A DNA stretch of 64,000 nucleotides from an archaeon (GTDB lineage: Archaea > EX4484-52 > WAPT01): contig JAPDKB010000008.1 in assembly GCA_029258795.1 (NCBI GenBank), positions 32,001 to 96,000 on the forward strand, written 5' to 3'. The notes below the pieces were generated by a model. It was given only the letters and a program-made list of their open reading frames with translations. It had not been told where the DNA came from and searched no databases. Each line of letters starts with the position of its first letter. Within the stretch, counting starts at the first letter, position 1. Positions 9,708 through 20,616 of the stretch are shown piece after piece. The translations under genes and the position numbers were made by a program.

Positions 9708-10094
9708 ATGGCGAGGTTTGGGAACATACTCAAAAAGCTCATCAAGATGGCAGAAACGGATGATGATGTGTTAGCGGTGCTGCTTTTCGGTAGTGTTGCC
9801 AGAGGAGAGAAAAATGGTAAAGACCTGGACATATGTCTTGTCTTTAAGAAGGACACGGATAAAAATAAAATATTCGAGAAAATGGTGGAATACGCTTCCA
9901 TTTCCGATATTGTGGATGTTAAAGCGTTTCAGCTTCTCCCGCTTCATATGAGAATGAGGGTGATTAGAGAAGGTAAGATTTTGCATGTTAAAAATGAGGA
10001 TTTAGTGTACGATGTTGTAATATCTACACTCAGAGAGTTCGAGGAATTCAAGTTCATCTACCATTCCTATCTGGAAGGTGTGTTGAATGGATAA
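9708..10094 (+). CDS. Minimal nucleotidyltransferase (MntA-like antitoxin)
   Basis: LFGSVARGE...DLDI motif; overlaps the HEPN gene. Confidence 0.85.
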   Translation: MARFGNILKKLIKMAETDDDVLAVLLFGSVARGEKNGKDLDICLVFKKDTDKNKIFEKMVEYASISDIVDVKAFQLLPLHMRMRVIREGKILHVKNEDLVYDVVISTLREFEEFKFIYHSYLEGVLNG

Positions 10095-10512
10095 GGAAAG
10101 GATACTCGCAAAAATAGATGAAATGGATGGATATCTGGAAGAGCTTGAAAGCATCAGACCATCAACTTTTGAAGAATATGAGAGTAGCATCGAGAAAAAG
10201 CGCGCCTGCGAAAGACTTCTTCAGCTGGCCATAGAATGCGTTATAGATGTATGCGCGATGATCGTTAAGGAGTGCAAACTTGGATTGCCTGCTGATGAAG
10301 ATGACATGTTCAGAAAGATAAGGAAAGCGGGTGTGATAAACAATGAGCTTGAGGAAAAGCTGAGAAAGATGAAGGGGTTCAGAAACATTTTGATACATCG
10401 CTACGGAGAGATAGATGATGAGCTTGTTTTTGAAAAGCTGTTCATGATTGAGGATTTCGAGAAGTTTAAGGAAGCTGTGCTCGAATTTCTTAGAAAAGGT
10501 GAGATTGAGTGA
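10087..10512 (+). CDS. HEPN/DUF86 ribonuclease (HepT-like toxin)
   Basis: ERLLQLAIE and RNILIHRY (RX4HXY). Confidence 0.9.
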   Translation: MDKERILAKIDEMDGYLEELESIRPSTFEEYESSIEKKRACERLLQLAIECVIDVCAMIVKECKLGLPADEDDMFRKIRKAGVINNELEEKLRKMKGFRNILIHRYGEIDDELVFEKLFMIEDFEKFKEAVLEFLRKGEIE

Positions 10513-11399
10513 GCTCAGGCTTAAACGTTCGCAAGCTTCTCGAAGGAAAGGTAGGTGAGGATGAGTTAGAACACATACCGCGTGCTTTCGAAATAATAGG
10601 AGATATAGCCATAGTTGAGCTCGATGAAGTTGCAAGAAAGCATGCAAAGCTAATAGCTGACGCGATAATGCAGCTAAACAAAAACGTGAAGGTCGTGCTG
10701 AACAAAGTTGAAGATGTCTCCGGCAAGTATCGTGTGCCGAGGTATGAAGTCATTGCGGCTAAGCAAAACGAAAGGAATTTCTCGCACATCAAAAAAGAGT
10801 TTCGCCCCACGAAAATAACTGAAACCGTACATACAGAACATGGATGTAAGTTCCTTCTGGATGTCAGTAAAGTGTATTTTTCCGCGCGCCTGAGTTTTGA
10901 AAGGAAAAGGATAGCTGAGATGGTGAGGGATGGCGAGAGAGTGCTCGTGATGTTTGCCGGTGTTGGTCCGTTTGCCATAGTGATAGCGAAGAATGCCAAC
11001 CCTGCTGAGGTTGTTGGAGTTGAGCTGAACCCTCACGCTGTTGAATACTTCAGGAAGAACGTAGCACTAAACAAAGTTGAAGATAAGGTAAAAGTTGTGG
11101 AGGGAGATGTTGCAGAAATTGTGCCAAAACTGCAATATCAATTTGACCGTATCGTCATGCCTGCTCCGAAGGATGCTCCGGATTATCTGGAGGTTGCGCT
11201 TGAAAAGATAAAGGAGGGTGGAATGATCCATCTGTACACTTTTGCAAGCGAGGAGGAAATAGAAAGCAAGGATGTTGTGAAACGTGTGGAGGAGAGGTGC
11301 AAGAAAGCGGGTAAGAAAGCAGAGGTCGTATTCTTCAGGAAGTGTGGAGCCGTCGCTCCTTATCATTACAGAGTTGTGCTGGATTTGAAGATTGGATAA
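10509..11399 (+). CDS. Trm5/Tyw2 family SAM-dependent tRNA methyltransferase
   Basis: IIGDIAI, VYFSARLSFER, MFAGVGPF, ELNPHA. Confidence 0.85.
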   Translation: MSSGLNVRKLLEGKVGEDELEHIPRAFEIIGDIAIVELDEVARKHAKLIADAIMQLNKNVKVVLNKVEDVSGKYRVPRYEVIAAKQNERNFSHIKKEFRPTKITETVHTEHGCKFLLDVSKVYFSARLSFERKRIAEMVRDGERVLVMFAGVGPFAIVIAKNANPAEVVGVELNPHAVEYFRKNVALNKVEDKVKVVEGDVAEIVPKLQYQFDRIVMPAPKDAPDYLEVALEKIKEGGMIHLYTFASEEEIESKDVVKRVEERCKKAGKKAEVVFFRKCGAVAPYHYRVVLDLKIG

Positions 11400-11440
11400 A
11401 TTTCCCAAAAAAATAGAAAAGAAAAATGAAAAAGATCAAA

Positions 11441-11998
11441 TCAGTGCAATGTCACCCGTAATGTCTTTATCCGCATCGCTTTCGCCCCCTCTATCTGATC
11501 TCCGATTTCATTCCAGTCATGGATTCGTATCTTAAATTCTACATTGTTTGAAGGTTTTGTCTCTGGACCAACTATAGTAATAGTTATCTGTTCTCTCGGA
11601 ACTTCGATAGCAGTATAATATATGTGGTCTGTTGGAAATCCTAAACCCTCCAATTTTTCTAGAAATCTCTTAAATAAGGTTGGGATTCGGTAGAATTCTA
11701 TGTCATTATTATCAGGATCCTCCAAATTAAAGTGGAATTTGGCTCCATTTTCCGTCTCTTCAATTTCATAGCATACAAGATTAACTCCTGACTCTGTCCA
11801 GACACACCCTTCTGGATTTTCCTCTTCTAATTTTTCTATTGCTTCAGTTAATCTCTCGACAGTTTCGTACCCTTCAAATGAATAGCTCCAGAGCACTGTT
11901 CCAAGAGCCTCGCCATACCCTAACTCTAAAATAATTTTCACAATACTTTCAAAAATATCCAAAAGTTTACGAATCTCGCGTTCATACACCACCTTCAT
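11441..11998 (-). CDS. Hypothetical accessory protein
   Basis: Long ORF; SD GGAGGTGA precedes ATG at 11998. Confidence 0.7.
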   Translation of the reverse strand: MKVVYEREIRKLLDIFESIVKIILELGYGEALGTVLWSYSFEGYETVERLTEAIEKLEEENPEGCVWTESGVNLVCYEIEETENGAKFHFNLEDPDNNDIEFYRIPTLFKRFLEKLEGLGFPTDHIYYTAIEVPREQITITIVGPETKPSNNVEFKIRIHDWNEIGDQIEGAKAMRIKTLRVTLH

Positions 11999-12282
11999 AA
12001 CCACATCACCTCCCAACTTTTCAAGGTGCACAGAATGGACAACTTCAGGTGCATTAGGATAACCCAGGTCAAAGAATATCTCTGCTATATAAACGTGCTT
12101 TGCTGTTAAAGTGTGGTTCTAGGCGGGACAAACTAATGCAAACTAAGAACAAAGCTACCACTAGCACCACTAGTTATTCTGTCTCATCTAAGAACAAAGT
12201 CTGGTCAGCTCTTTGTTTGCGCAAGGAATTCTTAAACCAAAGATTTTAAATTTGTTAATAGTGGTGGCTACAGAAAGCGGCT

Positions 12283-14046
12283 TTATTTCCCGATCTTCTT
12301 CCTCGCTCCAGTCACCAGATCAACCAGCTCCTCATCCGCTATGACGTAAGGATAGTACACGAGCTGGACGCTGTCCACCTTGCCCAGTAACCGCCTTGCG
12401 AGCTGCGCTGCCTGCTCGTGACTTATCTCAGCTTTTATCACCCTCCCCGCTATCTCCTCCATGCCGTACTCTATGCTCATCTCAGCTATGCTTCCATTTC
12501 CATTTTGCTCCCTAACCACGTTTCCGTCGAAGAAAAGGAACTTGCCCTGTACAGCATCCATCACGTAGCGCTTACCTGCAACATTGAAAACCCAGCACGG
12601 ATAATAAACCTTGCTTCCCGCGGGTACAGCACTTACGGGTTTGAGAGGCAGAAATACTGGAATTTCGTTTTCCCTCTGCTCCGTAACATCCTGCGTTACA
12701 CCGCCGTGCTTGCTCCTTCTCACTCTTATCTTTACTATGATGGGGAATTCCTGCCCTATTATCAATGCCGTGCCGGTGTTCAGATTCTTTATCTCCTTCT
12801 CGAGCTCAGCACTCAGCCCTTCGGCATAGCTCACAGCTTTCAAGTCGTTTGGGTTCATCATCCTCAGTATTATCTGTGTGTTGCACTGGCTCAGCACGTT
12901 CTTGTCTATCCTTGCAGGCCTCTGGCTTATCACACACAAGCCAAGCCCGAACTTCCTGCCCTCTGAAGCCACGTTTTTGATTATCTTCGCGCTTATCTTT
13001 GCCTCGCTCTGCGGAATGAAGTTGTGAGCTTCCTCTATAACCAGAAAGCAGGGATTTATCATGCCTATCTTCCTTGCTTCGAAAATCTTCTCCACGATCT
13101 TGTAAACAACATAGGCCTGCACTTCCTGGCTCACGCCACGAAGGTTTATCACCGTTATCTTGCCCGGCACAACCAGCTTTGTTACGGGTGTTGCCTCCTC
13201 GCTGAATATCTTCATGTCCTTCAGCATCTCAAGCATGTTTATCACATTCCATTTACTCTGGCTCTGACTCTGCTCTATTTCAGCTATCACATCCTCAAGC
13301 GTGTACTTCTTTTTGGTTGACTTAACGCGCTTGAACGCAGCGTAGAGCAGGGCGAGCTGTGATGCTGTGGGTTTGGACGGGAAGAGCATGCCTATCTCCC
13401 TCGGATCTATTTCATCGTAGCCAAAGCTCAGCTGCATCGCTCCGGGATTAACGCGGGGATCAGGGCTGTAGTGCTGCACCTCGTAACCCTTCGGCTGAAT
13501 TCCGAACTTGCGGAATGCTTCAGCATCCTTAACGTCGTTCGGGAAGCGCATGGAGATGTACTCGCCATGCGGATCTATCACAACAACAGGAATCCTCCTT
13601 TCGGCTATCTCCTCCAGCAATACACCGACGGTGTATGACTTGCCCGAGCCCGTGGCAGCAAGCACAGCAACATGCTTTGAGATCAGCTCCTGTGGATCAA
13701 GAAAGACCTTCACATCCTCATTGGCTTCAAGCACGCCTATGTAAAGCCCGTCTTTCTTGAGATTGAGCACCTCACTTATTATCTTCCTGTCAGCTTTGTA
13801 CACCAGACTGTTCGGCTTTATGGGAACCTTCGGAATTTTTAGAATGCCATTCTCCCTGTAACCTATTATTCTCGCTTTGCACACCATCTTGCCGTCAGGA
13901 TGCATCTCCACATCCTCAACCCTGCAGAGAAGCCAGTTGTCATCTGCACTCTTCACAGTAACGAAATCCATTCTGTTCACTTCCTTGTACGCACGGAAGT
14001 GAAAGCTCTTCGTCCCGGTTTTGCCGAAGACCTCTCCAACCAGCAT
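12283..14046 (-). CDS. HerA-like (DUF87) ATPase with N-terminal HAS barrel and C-terminal extension
   Basis: HVAVLAATGSGKS, DPHGEY, IEEAH, EGRKFG, SQRP, SQCNT. Confidence 0.9.
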   Translation of the reverse strand: MLVGEVFGKTGTKSFHFRAYKEVNRMDFVTVKSADDNWLLCRVEDVEMHPDGKMVCKARIIGYRENGILKIPKVPIKPNSLVYKADRKIISEVLNLKKDGLYIGVLEANEDVKVFLDPQELISKHVAVLAATGSGKSYTVGVLLEEIAERRIPVVVIDPHGEYISMRFPNDVKDAEAFRKFGIQPKGYEVQHYSPDPRVNPGAMQLSFGYDEIDPREIGMLFPSKPTASQLALLYAAFKRVKSTKKKYTLEDVIAEIEQSQSQSKWNVINMLEMLKDMKIFSEEATPVTKLVVPGKITVINLRGVSQEVQAYVVYKIVEKIFEARKIGMINPCFLVIEEAHNFIPQSEAKISAKIIKNVASEGRKFGLGLCVISQRPARIDKNVLSQCNTQIILRMMNPNDLKAVSYAEGLSAELEKEIKNLNTGTALIIGQEFPIIVKIRVRRSKHGGVTQDVTEQRENEIPVFLPLKPVSAVPAGSKVYYPCWVFNVAGKRYVMDAVQGKFLFFDGNVVREQNGNGSIAEMSIEYGMEEIAGRVIKAEISHEQAAQLARRLLGKVDSVQLVYYPYVIADEELVDLVTGARKKIGK

Positions 14047-14239
14047 GAGAACCGTATGGGAATTTAATGGCTGAAATTATTTTAAGTTTCCCTGAAACAA
14101 CTTCCAGTTTAAGGGATGTTTTTCCCGAATAAAAAATTTTATCCTATACTATTACCATACTCTTTCGGAATTTCCGTGGAGTAAAACCCCACTATTTTAA
14201 AAAATTTCACGTTCAGAATTCCTTGCGTTCATGGATATT

Positions 14240-14364
14240 GGGGCCGTGGTGTAGCTTGGTTATCATTCCGGCTTTGGGAGCCGGCGACCCCGGTTCAAAT
14301 GCCATGGAGCAAGCTCCTTGCATTTCTAGCTGCTCCGCGGCTGAAAATCCGGGCGGCCCCACCA
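14240..14364 (+). tRNA. tRNA-Pro(UGG), copy 1, with 48-nt intron at 59/60 (14300-14347)
   Basis: Cloverleaf, anticodon TGG at 14275-14277, encoded CCA, strict bulge-helix-bulge (BHB; TTCA/TGAA helix, AAT bulges). Confidence 0.93.
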
Positions 14365-14670
14365 GAGCCGGAGAGAATTGAATCTACTTTTAGAATCCTA
14401 TGTGTCCCGAGAAATCTATTTTTGTTTTGGGTTCTCTGTACTGGACAATTTAGTGTATTGCCCAATTATTTAAAAGTGTTTTGTGGAGTGCCATCATCAT
14501 TAACAACTTCCGTAAATTATATAAGTATTGCTGATTTAGGAGATGTTCATCAAAAAATATCTGCGTCTTTTTCTTGGGCGGGACAGAAGTTGTGGTTTAT
14601 CTAGTTTTTAGTATGGGTCTGTATTGTCCCGCTCCTCCCTTCAAGGAGAAGGGGTTTTGGAGGTGAGAAG

Positions 14671-15072
14671 TTGAGAGATTGGATCGATGTTGTTGTAAAA
14701 TGGGGGTTGGAGGATGCGCAATACCTTATGAAAAAGGCAAGAGTCGAAATGTCGTGGGATGGAGAAGATACGGAGATGCAGCGCAAAATAACTGGCAGTA
14801 TAAGAAAAGAATTTAACGCCGCTCTCCAAGAAATAAAGAAGCAAAACGGTCTTTTGGGTAGCGAGGGCGAGATTGATACGCTCGAAATAAATTTAATACG
14901 CAAAATAGCTTGTAGGCACTGGCTGCAGGAATTGAAATCAATAGCGGAGCGCCGCAAGGTTCTGGGTGCTTCAAAGAAGATAAACGAGGCAATAAAAGAG
15001 GTGGAGAAGGAGATCAAGAATCTTCTGGAAGAAGCAGAACATATCTACATGAACAACAGCGCACTTTCTTAA
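14671..15072 (+). CDS. Hypothetical helical protein; decayed paralog at about 21610-21997
   Basis: SD GGAGGTGA before the start; shares LG.EGEID.LE motif with the 21735 region. Confidence 0.7.
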   Translation: MRDWIDVVVKWGLEDAQYLMKKARVEMSWDGEDTEMQRKITGSIRKEFNAALQEIKKQNGLLGSEGEIDTLEINLIRKIACRHWLQELKSIAERRKVLGASKKINEAIKEVEKEIKNLLEEAEHIYMNNSALS

Positions 15073-15240
15073 TTTTTTAGAAAAAGTGGGGGTGGTAGGA
15101 ATGCGTGTATCCAATATTATTAGCAAGATTGTGCTGATAATAATAATTGTGCTTGCAATGTTTGGAGCGTATAATATAATCAAGATATTCATCTTATTTT
15201 TTGTTTATTTTTGGGAAATTTATCCAACAAAAAACCTGAG

Positions 15241-16260
15241 TTAACATATTCTTGGCACCATGCTACCATAAGGCATCTGGAGAATGCGTTTTCCCCCTAT
15301 AGTGGTTTGGATTACAACCTCCTCGTGCTCTTCGGTTGTGTAACCGGCTATGGCAGCATTTTTCTCGCCAGCTTTGTGCAGTGCTTGAAGCACATCCTCC
15401 GCTTTTTCCTTCACCACCGTCATCACAACCACTCCTTCATTCGCCATGGAGAACGGATCAAGCCCCAGCACCTCGCAGAAGTTCCTTACCTCTTGCCTTA
15501 TGGGGATTTTGCTCTCCTCAATCACCATACCAACATTGCTCTGCTCGGCTATCTCGTTAAGGGCTGCTGCGATTCCTCCCCGCGTCGCATCCTTCATGGA
15601 AGTTATTCCTCCTTCTTCCATCGCCCTTCTGACAAAATGCCAGACATGCTTGCAATCCGAGCTGGCTTCCAGCTCAAAATCAAGATTTTCTCTTGCAAGT
15701 AGCACTGCTACGCTGTGCTCTGCTATGTTGCTAGTTATTATCACCGCTTCACCTTTACAAGCGCCGCAATTTCTGATCCAAGAATGCGGATATTGCCTGT
15801 AACTTCTCACCACCTCCAGATTGTGCTCAAGCCACTCGTTTCTCTTTCCAATACATGCTGTGTTTATGATCATCTCAAAATCTCCCTTCATGGTTTTGGT
15901 GTCTCCCCCCAAAAGCTCAGCATCTATCTCTTTCATGTATTGCGAGATATCTGAAATAACTTGCAAAAACTTGTCCTTCTCGAGTTCCTCATTCATGACG
16001 AGAGAAAGTAGAAAAGATGAGGGCTGCGCACCCATAACAGCAACATCATTTGCTGACCCGCAGATCGCAAGTTTTCCGATGGTACCGCCGGGAAATATTA
16101 TTGGTTCAATAGTATGGCTGTCCGTAGTTATCACCATCTCGTCTGAGATAATAGCAGCATCCTCTCTGCTCTTCACATCAATTTTTGAGAACACGAATTT
16201 CTCCAGGAACTCCATCATTTTCTTACCGCCATCTCCTACATCCCCTACGCGCTCATCCAT
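15241..16260 (-). CDS. hypE: Hydrogenase maturation protein HypE
   Basis: TTDSHT, GGTIGKLA, GGDTK, DATRGG, ANEG, C-terminal PRIC. Confidence 0.95.
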   Translation of the reverse strand: MDERVGDVGDGGKKMMEFLEKFVFSKIDVKSREDAAIISDEMVITTDSHTIEPIIFPGGTIGKLAICGSANDVAVMGAQPSSFLLSLVMNEELEKDKFLQVISDISQYMKEIDAELLGGDTKTMKGDFEMIINTACIGKRNEWLEHNLEVVRSYRQYPHSWIRNCGACKGEAVIITSNIAEHSVAVLLARENLDFELEASSDCKHVWHFVRRAMEEGGITSMKDATRGGIAAALNEIAEQSNVGMVIEESKIPIRQEVRNFCEVLGLDPFSMANEGVVVMTVVKEKAEDVLQALHKAGEKNAAIAGYTTEEHEEVVIQTTIGGKRILQMPYGSMVPRIC

Positions 16261-18583
16261 CAATCTCACCCAAAAACTTTGTGAGGTACGCCTGTCCTAA
16301 ACTTATTCCGTTATCTCCAACAGGCACTTCACTTGGAAGCACAACGTTGATTCCATGGTTCTGACAGATTTCCATAACCTTGCCAACAAAAATGGGGTTG
16401 ACCATCACACCGCCCGAAAGCACAACATCACACCCTTTTTTCCTTGCGTAATAACATGCTATTTCTGCCATTCCCGAAGCAAGGCATTCTATGGCTTCTC
16501 TCGCAACCTCTGCTCTGCTTACAACACCATCTTTTATTTTTTCATAACCTTCTTTTACGAAATTAGAAATTAAAAGTTCTTTAACCGTACCAGATTTAAA
16601 TGGCAAGTTTTCCCCTCCGTAAGGCGCGGGATAAACGCTCTTTTCTTCCTTTATCCTGAACGAAGGATAAAGCTCAATCTCCTTTTCCCATTGTGCTGCA
16701 AGCGCCTCAAGCTTCATAGCTCCCTCTCCCTCATACGTCATTCTTGAATGGATACCAAGAAGATTAGCTATCCCATCAAAGAATCTTCCAGCTGATGTGC
16801 AGGATATTGTGTTTATGCCTTCCCTCAGCGCTCTCGCTATAAGCTCAAACTCTCTATTCTTGTTTTGCTCACCGATTTCATCCTCAAGCACTCCTGCAAG
16901 ATGGAGCAAGGAAAGTTTTATTTTCTCCGGATTTAATGTTGATGCATCACCCCCTACCAGCTCAAACGGCTGGAGATGCCCTATTCTCCTGAACTCATTT
17001 TTGGTTAAATCAAGATAAAGTGCTTCGCACCCCCACACCGCTCCATCAAATCCATATCCTGTGCCATCGCAGCAGACTGCAACCGCTCTTTCCATCTTTT
17101 TCTCCATCATCGCCGCGAGAGCATGGGAAAAGTGATGCTGCACTCTGTAAAGCTTTGCGTTCATTCTTTCCGCTAGCTTTTCAGCAAAGAAAGTTGTGTT
17201 GTAAGCAGGATTCAGATCGCAGAGAACAGCATCCAGCTTTTTCACATCAAGCCAGTCGAGGAAACGGTGCACCACCTGTTTGAAGTGTGTGCTATATGTC
17301 TGGAAGTTGGAAGTATCACCAACGTACTGGCTGGGATAAACTACGCCATTTTTAACCACACAGATGGAGTTGTAGAGCTCGGCCCCCACACAAACCGCCG
17401 CCAGTTTTGCTCCAATTCTGAAGCTTGCCGGAATGAAACCCCTCGACCTTCTGATGAAGACAGGATTGCCATCGACAACTCTCATCACAGAGTCATCGCA
17501 CCTGTTCTCAATTTTCAAGTTGTGGATAAGGTAAGCGTCAGCTTCCATTTTCTCCATTACACTCTCATCTGTGAACATAGGCATGCCCGGCAGGTTTGCT
17601 GAGGTCATGATGATAGCATTGCAATTCATGTGGTTGAAAAGAATGTGATGCAGAGCTGAATAAGGAAGCATGATTCCAAGCGTGTGGAGGGAAGGTGCCA
17701 CCTCGTTCAGCAAGTCCCGCTTTTTCTTCCGAAGGATCACGATGGGTCTTGCACGAGATAGCAGTACTCTTTCCTCTTCCATGGTGATTTCACAAAGATT
17801 CCTCGCAACCCTCAAATCTCTCACCATTACGGCAAAGGGCTGCTGCTCCCTGCGCAGCATTTCTCTCATGCGCCTGACCGCATTTTCGTTGAAAGCGTCA
17901 CATGCCAAATGGTAGCCGCCCCACCCCTTGATTGCGATTATGGCTCCACCCTCAATCATGCGTGCTGCCAGTTTTACCGCTTCTAGATTCCTTGCGATTG
18001 CAACACCTTCTTTGTAAAGAATGTAAGATGGTCCGCATGCAGGACAGCACGTGGTTTGGGCATGGTATCTTCTGGATTCCACACTCTCATACTCATGCTT
18101 GCATTTTTCGCAGAGAGGGAAGGAAGCGAATGAGGTATAATCTCTGTCAAACGGAAATCCCTTGAAAATCGTGAAGCGCGGGCCGCAAGCAGTACATGAT
18201 GTGAATGGATACATGTACCTCCTGTCATTTTCATCCATCACTTCATTAAGGCATTCATCGCAGATTGCACTGTCAGGAGGGGGGAAGCTGATTTCAGACG
18301 AGACTCGGGATGATGAGCTCGCCCTTATCTCAAAAATCTCGGGAAGCTCCTCATTAACTCCCGCTTTTTCCACAACAACTTCATCTATCGATGCTATGGG
18401 TGGGAGCTCCTGTCTAACTCTTTTTATCAGCTCTTCGGGATTTCTATCCACAGCTATTTCAACCTCTCCTCCTCCCAGATTTTTCACATAGCCGCAGAAC
18501 TTCATCTCCCTCGCTATTCTGCATACCGTAGGTCTGAATCCAACTCCCTGCACCTTGCCACGCACAATCACTCTATACATCAT
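16253..18583 (-). CDS. hypF: Carbamoyltransferase HypF
   Basis: GKVQGVGFRP acylphosphatase domain, Cys zinc fingers, KGWGGYHL, QHHFSH, DGTGYG, DNGISLGQ. Confidence 0.95.
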   Translation of the reverse strand: MMYRVIVRGKVQGVGFRPTVCRIAREMKFCGYVKNLGGGEVEIAVDRNPEELIKRVRQELPPIASIDEVVVEKAGVNEELPEIFEIRASSSSRVSSEISFPPPDSAICDECLNEVMDENDRRYMYPFTSCTACGPRFTIFKGFPFDRDYTSFASFPLCEKCKHEYESVESRRYHAQTTCCPACGPSYILYKEGVAIARNLEAVKLAARMIEGGAIIAIKGWGGYHLACDAFNENAVRRMREMLRREQQPFAVMVRDLRVARNLCEITMEEERVLLSRARPIVILRKKKRDLLNEVAPSLHTLGIMLPYSALHHILFNHMNCNAIIMTSANLPGMPMFTDESVMEKMEADAYLIHNLKIENRCDDSVMRVVDGNPVFIRRSRGFIPASFRIGAKLAAVCVGAELYNSICVVKNGVVYPSQYVGDTSNFQTYSTHFKQVVHRFLDWLDVKKLDAVLCDLNPAYNTTFFAEKLAERMNAKLYRVQHHFSHALAAMMEKKMERAVAVCCDGTGYGFDGAVWGCEALYLDLTKNEFRRIGHLQPFELVGGDASTLNPEKIKLSLLHLAGVLEDEIGEQNKNREFELIARALREGINTISCTSAGRFFDGIANLLGIHSRMTYEGEGAMKLEALAAQWEKEIELYPSFRIKEEKSVYPAPYGGENLPFKSGTVKELLISNFVKEGYEKIKDGVVSRAEVAREAIECLASGMAEIACYYARKKGCDVVLSGGVMVNPIFVGKVMEICQNHGINVVLPSEVPVGDNGISLGQAYLTKFLGEIDG

Positions 18584-18617
18584 TATTTGAACTTTAGCTT
18601 GGAAGAAATTAATAGGT

Positions 18618-18800
18618 ATGTGCATAGGTGTGCGTGGCAGGATTTTGGAAAAAGAAGGGAATCAGGCTATTGTGGATTTTGGAGGAGTTAAAAGGAAAAT
18701 CAGAGTTGATTTGACCCCGGAAGTTAGGGTTGGGGATGTTGTGATGGTGCATGCCGGTTTTTCTATAGCGGTTGTTAGAGATGGTGGGAATGGAGCGTGA
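18618..18800 (+). CDS. hypC: Hydrogenase chaperone HypC
   Basis: N-terminal MC, VDFGGV, VGDVVMVHAGF. Confidence 0.93.
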   Translation: MCIGVRGRILEKEGNQAIVDFGGVKRKIRVDLTPEVRVGDVVMVHAGFSIAVVRDGGNGA

Positions 18801-19863
18801 TGCTGAGTTGTGGATTGGAAAAATAAAGGAACTTGCTTCAGAGATAGATAGGGAAATTGCCATCCTCACGCTCTGTGGTACTCATGAAAACACGGTGGCT
18901 AGAGCAGGTATAAGAAGCTTGATGCCTGAAAACGTAAAGCTCGTGCCCGGACCGGGCTGTCCCGTGTGTGTCATCGTTGATGAAGAAATTGCGAAATTTA
19001 TGCATTTTCTTGAAAATGTTGATAGCATAGTCACATGCTTTGGGGATGTGGCGAAGCTTCCTTACAGGGGCAGATCCCTAAAAAGCGTTAATGGCAAAGG
19101 CAAACTGCATGTTGTTTACAGTGTTTTTGACGCCCTAAAGCTTGCAGAAAAAGTTTCAAAGCCAGTGGTTCATCTTGCAATCGGATTTGAGACCACGATG
19201 CCATCAACCGCTCTGGCTTTGCTTGATGCTCCGGAGAATTTTTACGTTCTCAACGCTCACAGATTTTTTATTCCAGCCATTTCTGCCTTGCTGAGCAGAA
19301 CAGCACGCAGAGTTGATGCTCTCATCAACCCCGGACACGTGTCTGCAATAGTGGGTGTTATACCTTACAGAGAAGTTGTGAAGAAGTTTCAAGTTCCCCA
19401 AGTTATATCCGGATTTGAGCCATTAGATGTGGTTGAGTCCATAGCTTTGCTGCTTGAGATGTTAAAGGAAGGAAAGGCTGAAGTTATCAACCAGTATCAC
19501 AGGGTTGTGAAGGAAGAGGGTAATGAGGAAGCTCTGAAACTATTAGATCAGGTGTTTACGAGAGATGATGTGGAATGGAGGGGGCTCAGGGTGATAGAGA
19601 AGAGCAAGCCCGCTTTAAAGAAAGAATTTGAGGAGAAGGATGCTGAAAAAGCTTTTGAAGACGTGTTTGATGATTTTGAATTTGAAGAGGATGAAAGGAA
19701 GAAAGCATGCAGGTGTGGAGATGTGCTGCTTGCCAACATAACCCCGCACGAGTGTCCTCTTTTCGGAAAGGTATGCGCACCATCCAATCCTATCGGACCG
19801 TGCATGGTCAGCATAGAGGGAGCGTGCAACATATGGTACGGGCTTGCTAGCAGAAAGTGGTGA
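18790..19863 (+). CDS. hypD: Hydrogenase maturation protein HypD
   Basis: CGTHE, GPGCPVC, GFETT, PGHVS, GPCMVSIEGAC. Confidence 0.95.
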   Translation: MERDAELWIGKIKELASEIDREIAILTLCGTHENTVARAGIRSLMPENVKLVPGPGCPVCVIVDEEIAKFMHFLENVDSIVTCFGDVAKLPYRGRSLKSVNGKGKLHVVYSVFDALKLAEKVSKPVVHLAIGFETTMPSTALALLDAPENFYVLNAHRFFIPAISALLSRTARRVDALINPGHVSAIVGVIPYREVVKKFQVPQVISGFEPLDVVESIALLLEMLKEGKAEVINQYHRVVKEEGNEEALKLLDQVFTRDDVEWRGLRVIEKSKPALKKEFEEKDAEKAFEDVFDDFEFEEDERKKACRCGDVLLANITPHECPLFGKVCAPSNPIGPCMVSIEGACNIWYGLASRKW

Positions 19864-20095
19864 AAACGTAACAAATTCAATTTGTATATGGTTTAGTGTG
19901 ATTGTAGTCCATTCGTCTATTTTTGAGAATGAATATTAGGAGGTAAATTGATAACCCATACCTAGATACGGTGGTTCTCTGAAGAGGGACTCTAATAGTT
20001 AAGATGAGTCGCTGATACAACTAAATCTTTTTAAAAATTCTACCTGACAGAAAAATTCTTACACTCAAAGGCATGGGTTAGCCTTGGGTTGTGAA

Positions 20096-20214
20096 GGGGC
20101 CGTGGTGTAGCTTGGTCATCATTCCGGCTTTGGGAGCCGGCGACCCCGGTTCAAATGCTGCAGCCCACAAACTAATCCTACAAGTTGCGGCTGAAAATCC
20201 GGGCGGCCCCACCA
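20096..20214 (+). tRNA. tRNA-Pro(UGG), copy 2, with 42-nt intron at 59/60 (20156-20197)
   Basis: Exons match copy 1 except one D-loop base; different intron core; strict BHB; CCA encoded. Confidence 0.93.
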
Positions 20215-20616
20215 GAGCCGGAGAGAATTGAATCTATTTCTTTGATGATCTGGTGTCCCGAGAAAACAAAACTCACACTCCTACTTGTCCTTTGGGATGA
20301 GTTTAAAGTATTCTCAAAATATTTTGAAACTTGTTTAAACATTTGTAGGGGTTCTTTGACCAAAAACTATATAACCATTAAAAACAAAGACACTGTTAGC
20401 CCGAAACGAATGAGCTCAAAAGAGCAAACTTGGGACAGGCATGCGTTTTCTTTAGAGCGTAGTATGGTGCATGTGTTCGCTCCTCCCTTCACTTCTCCCC
20501 TCGAGGGAGGAGCGAGTTGATTGGCGAGAGGGCAATGAGAAAAGCTGCTGGATAGCCATACGTGCTTGAGGTGTCTATGGCGGGAAAAGAGGTTGTGGTT
20601 AAGGAGGTGAGGTGAG

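Noticed and set aside
12142-12199. Short direct repeats (CTAAGAACAAAG twice, ACCACTAG twice) as a possible CRISPR remnant
   Set aside because: Too short, only two copies, no regular spacers and no cas genes.
14240-20214. Provirus or integrative element between the tRNA-Pro copies
   Set aside because: No integrase, replication or virion genes are present, and both tRNAs are complete rather than partial att repeats.
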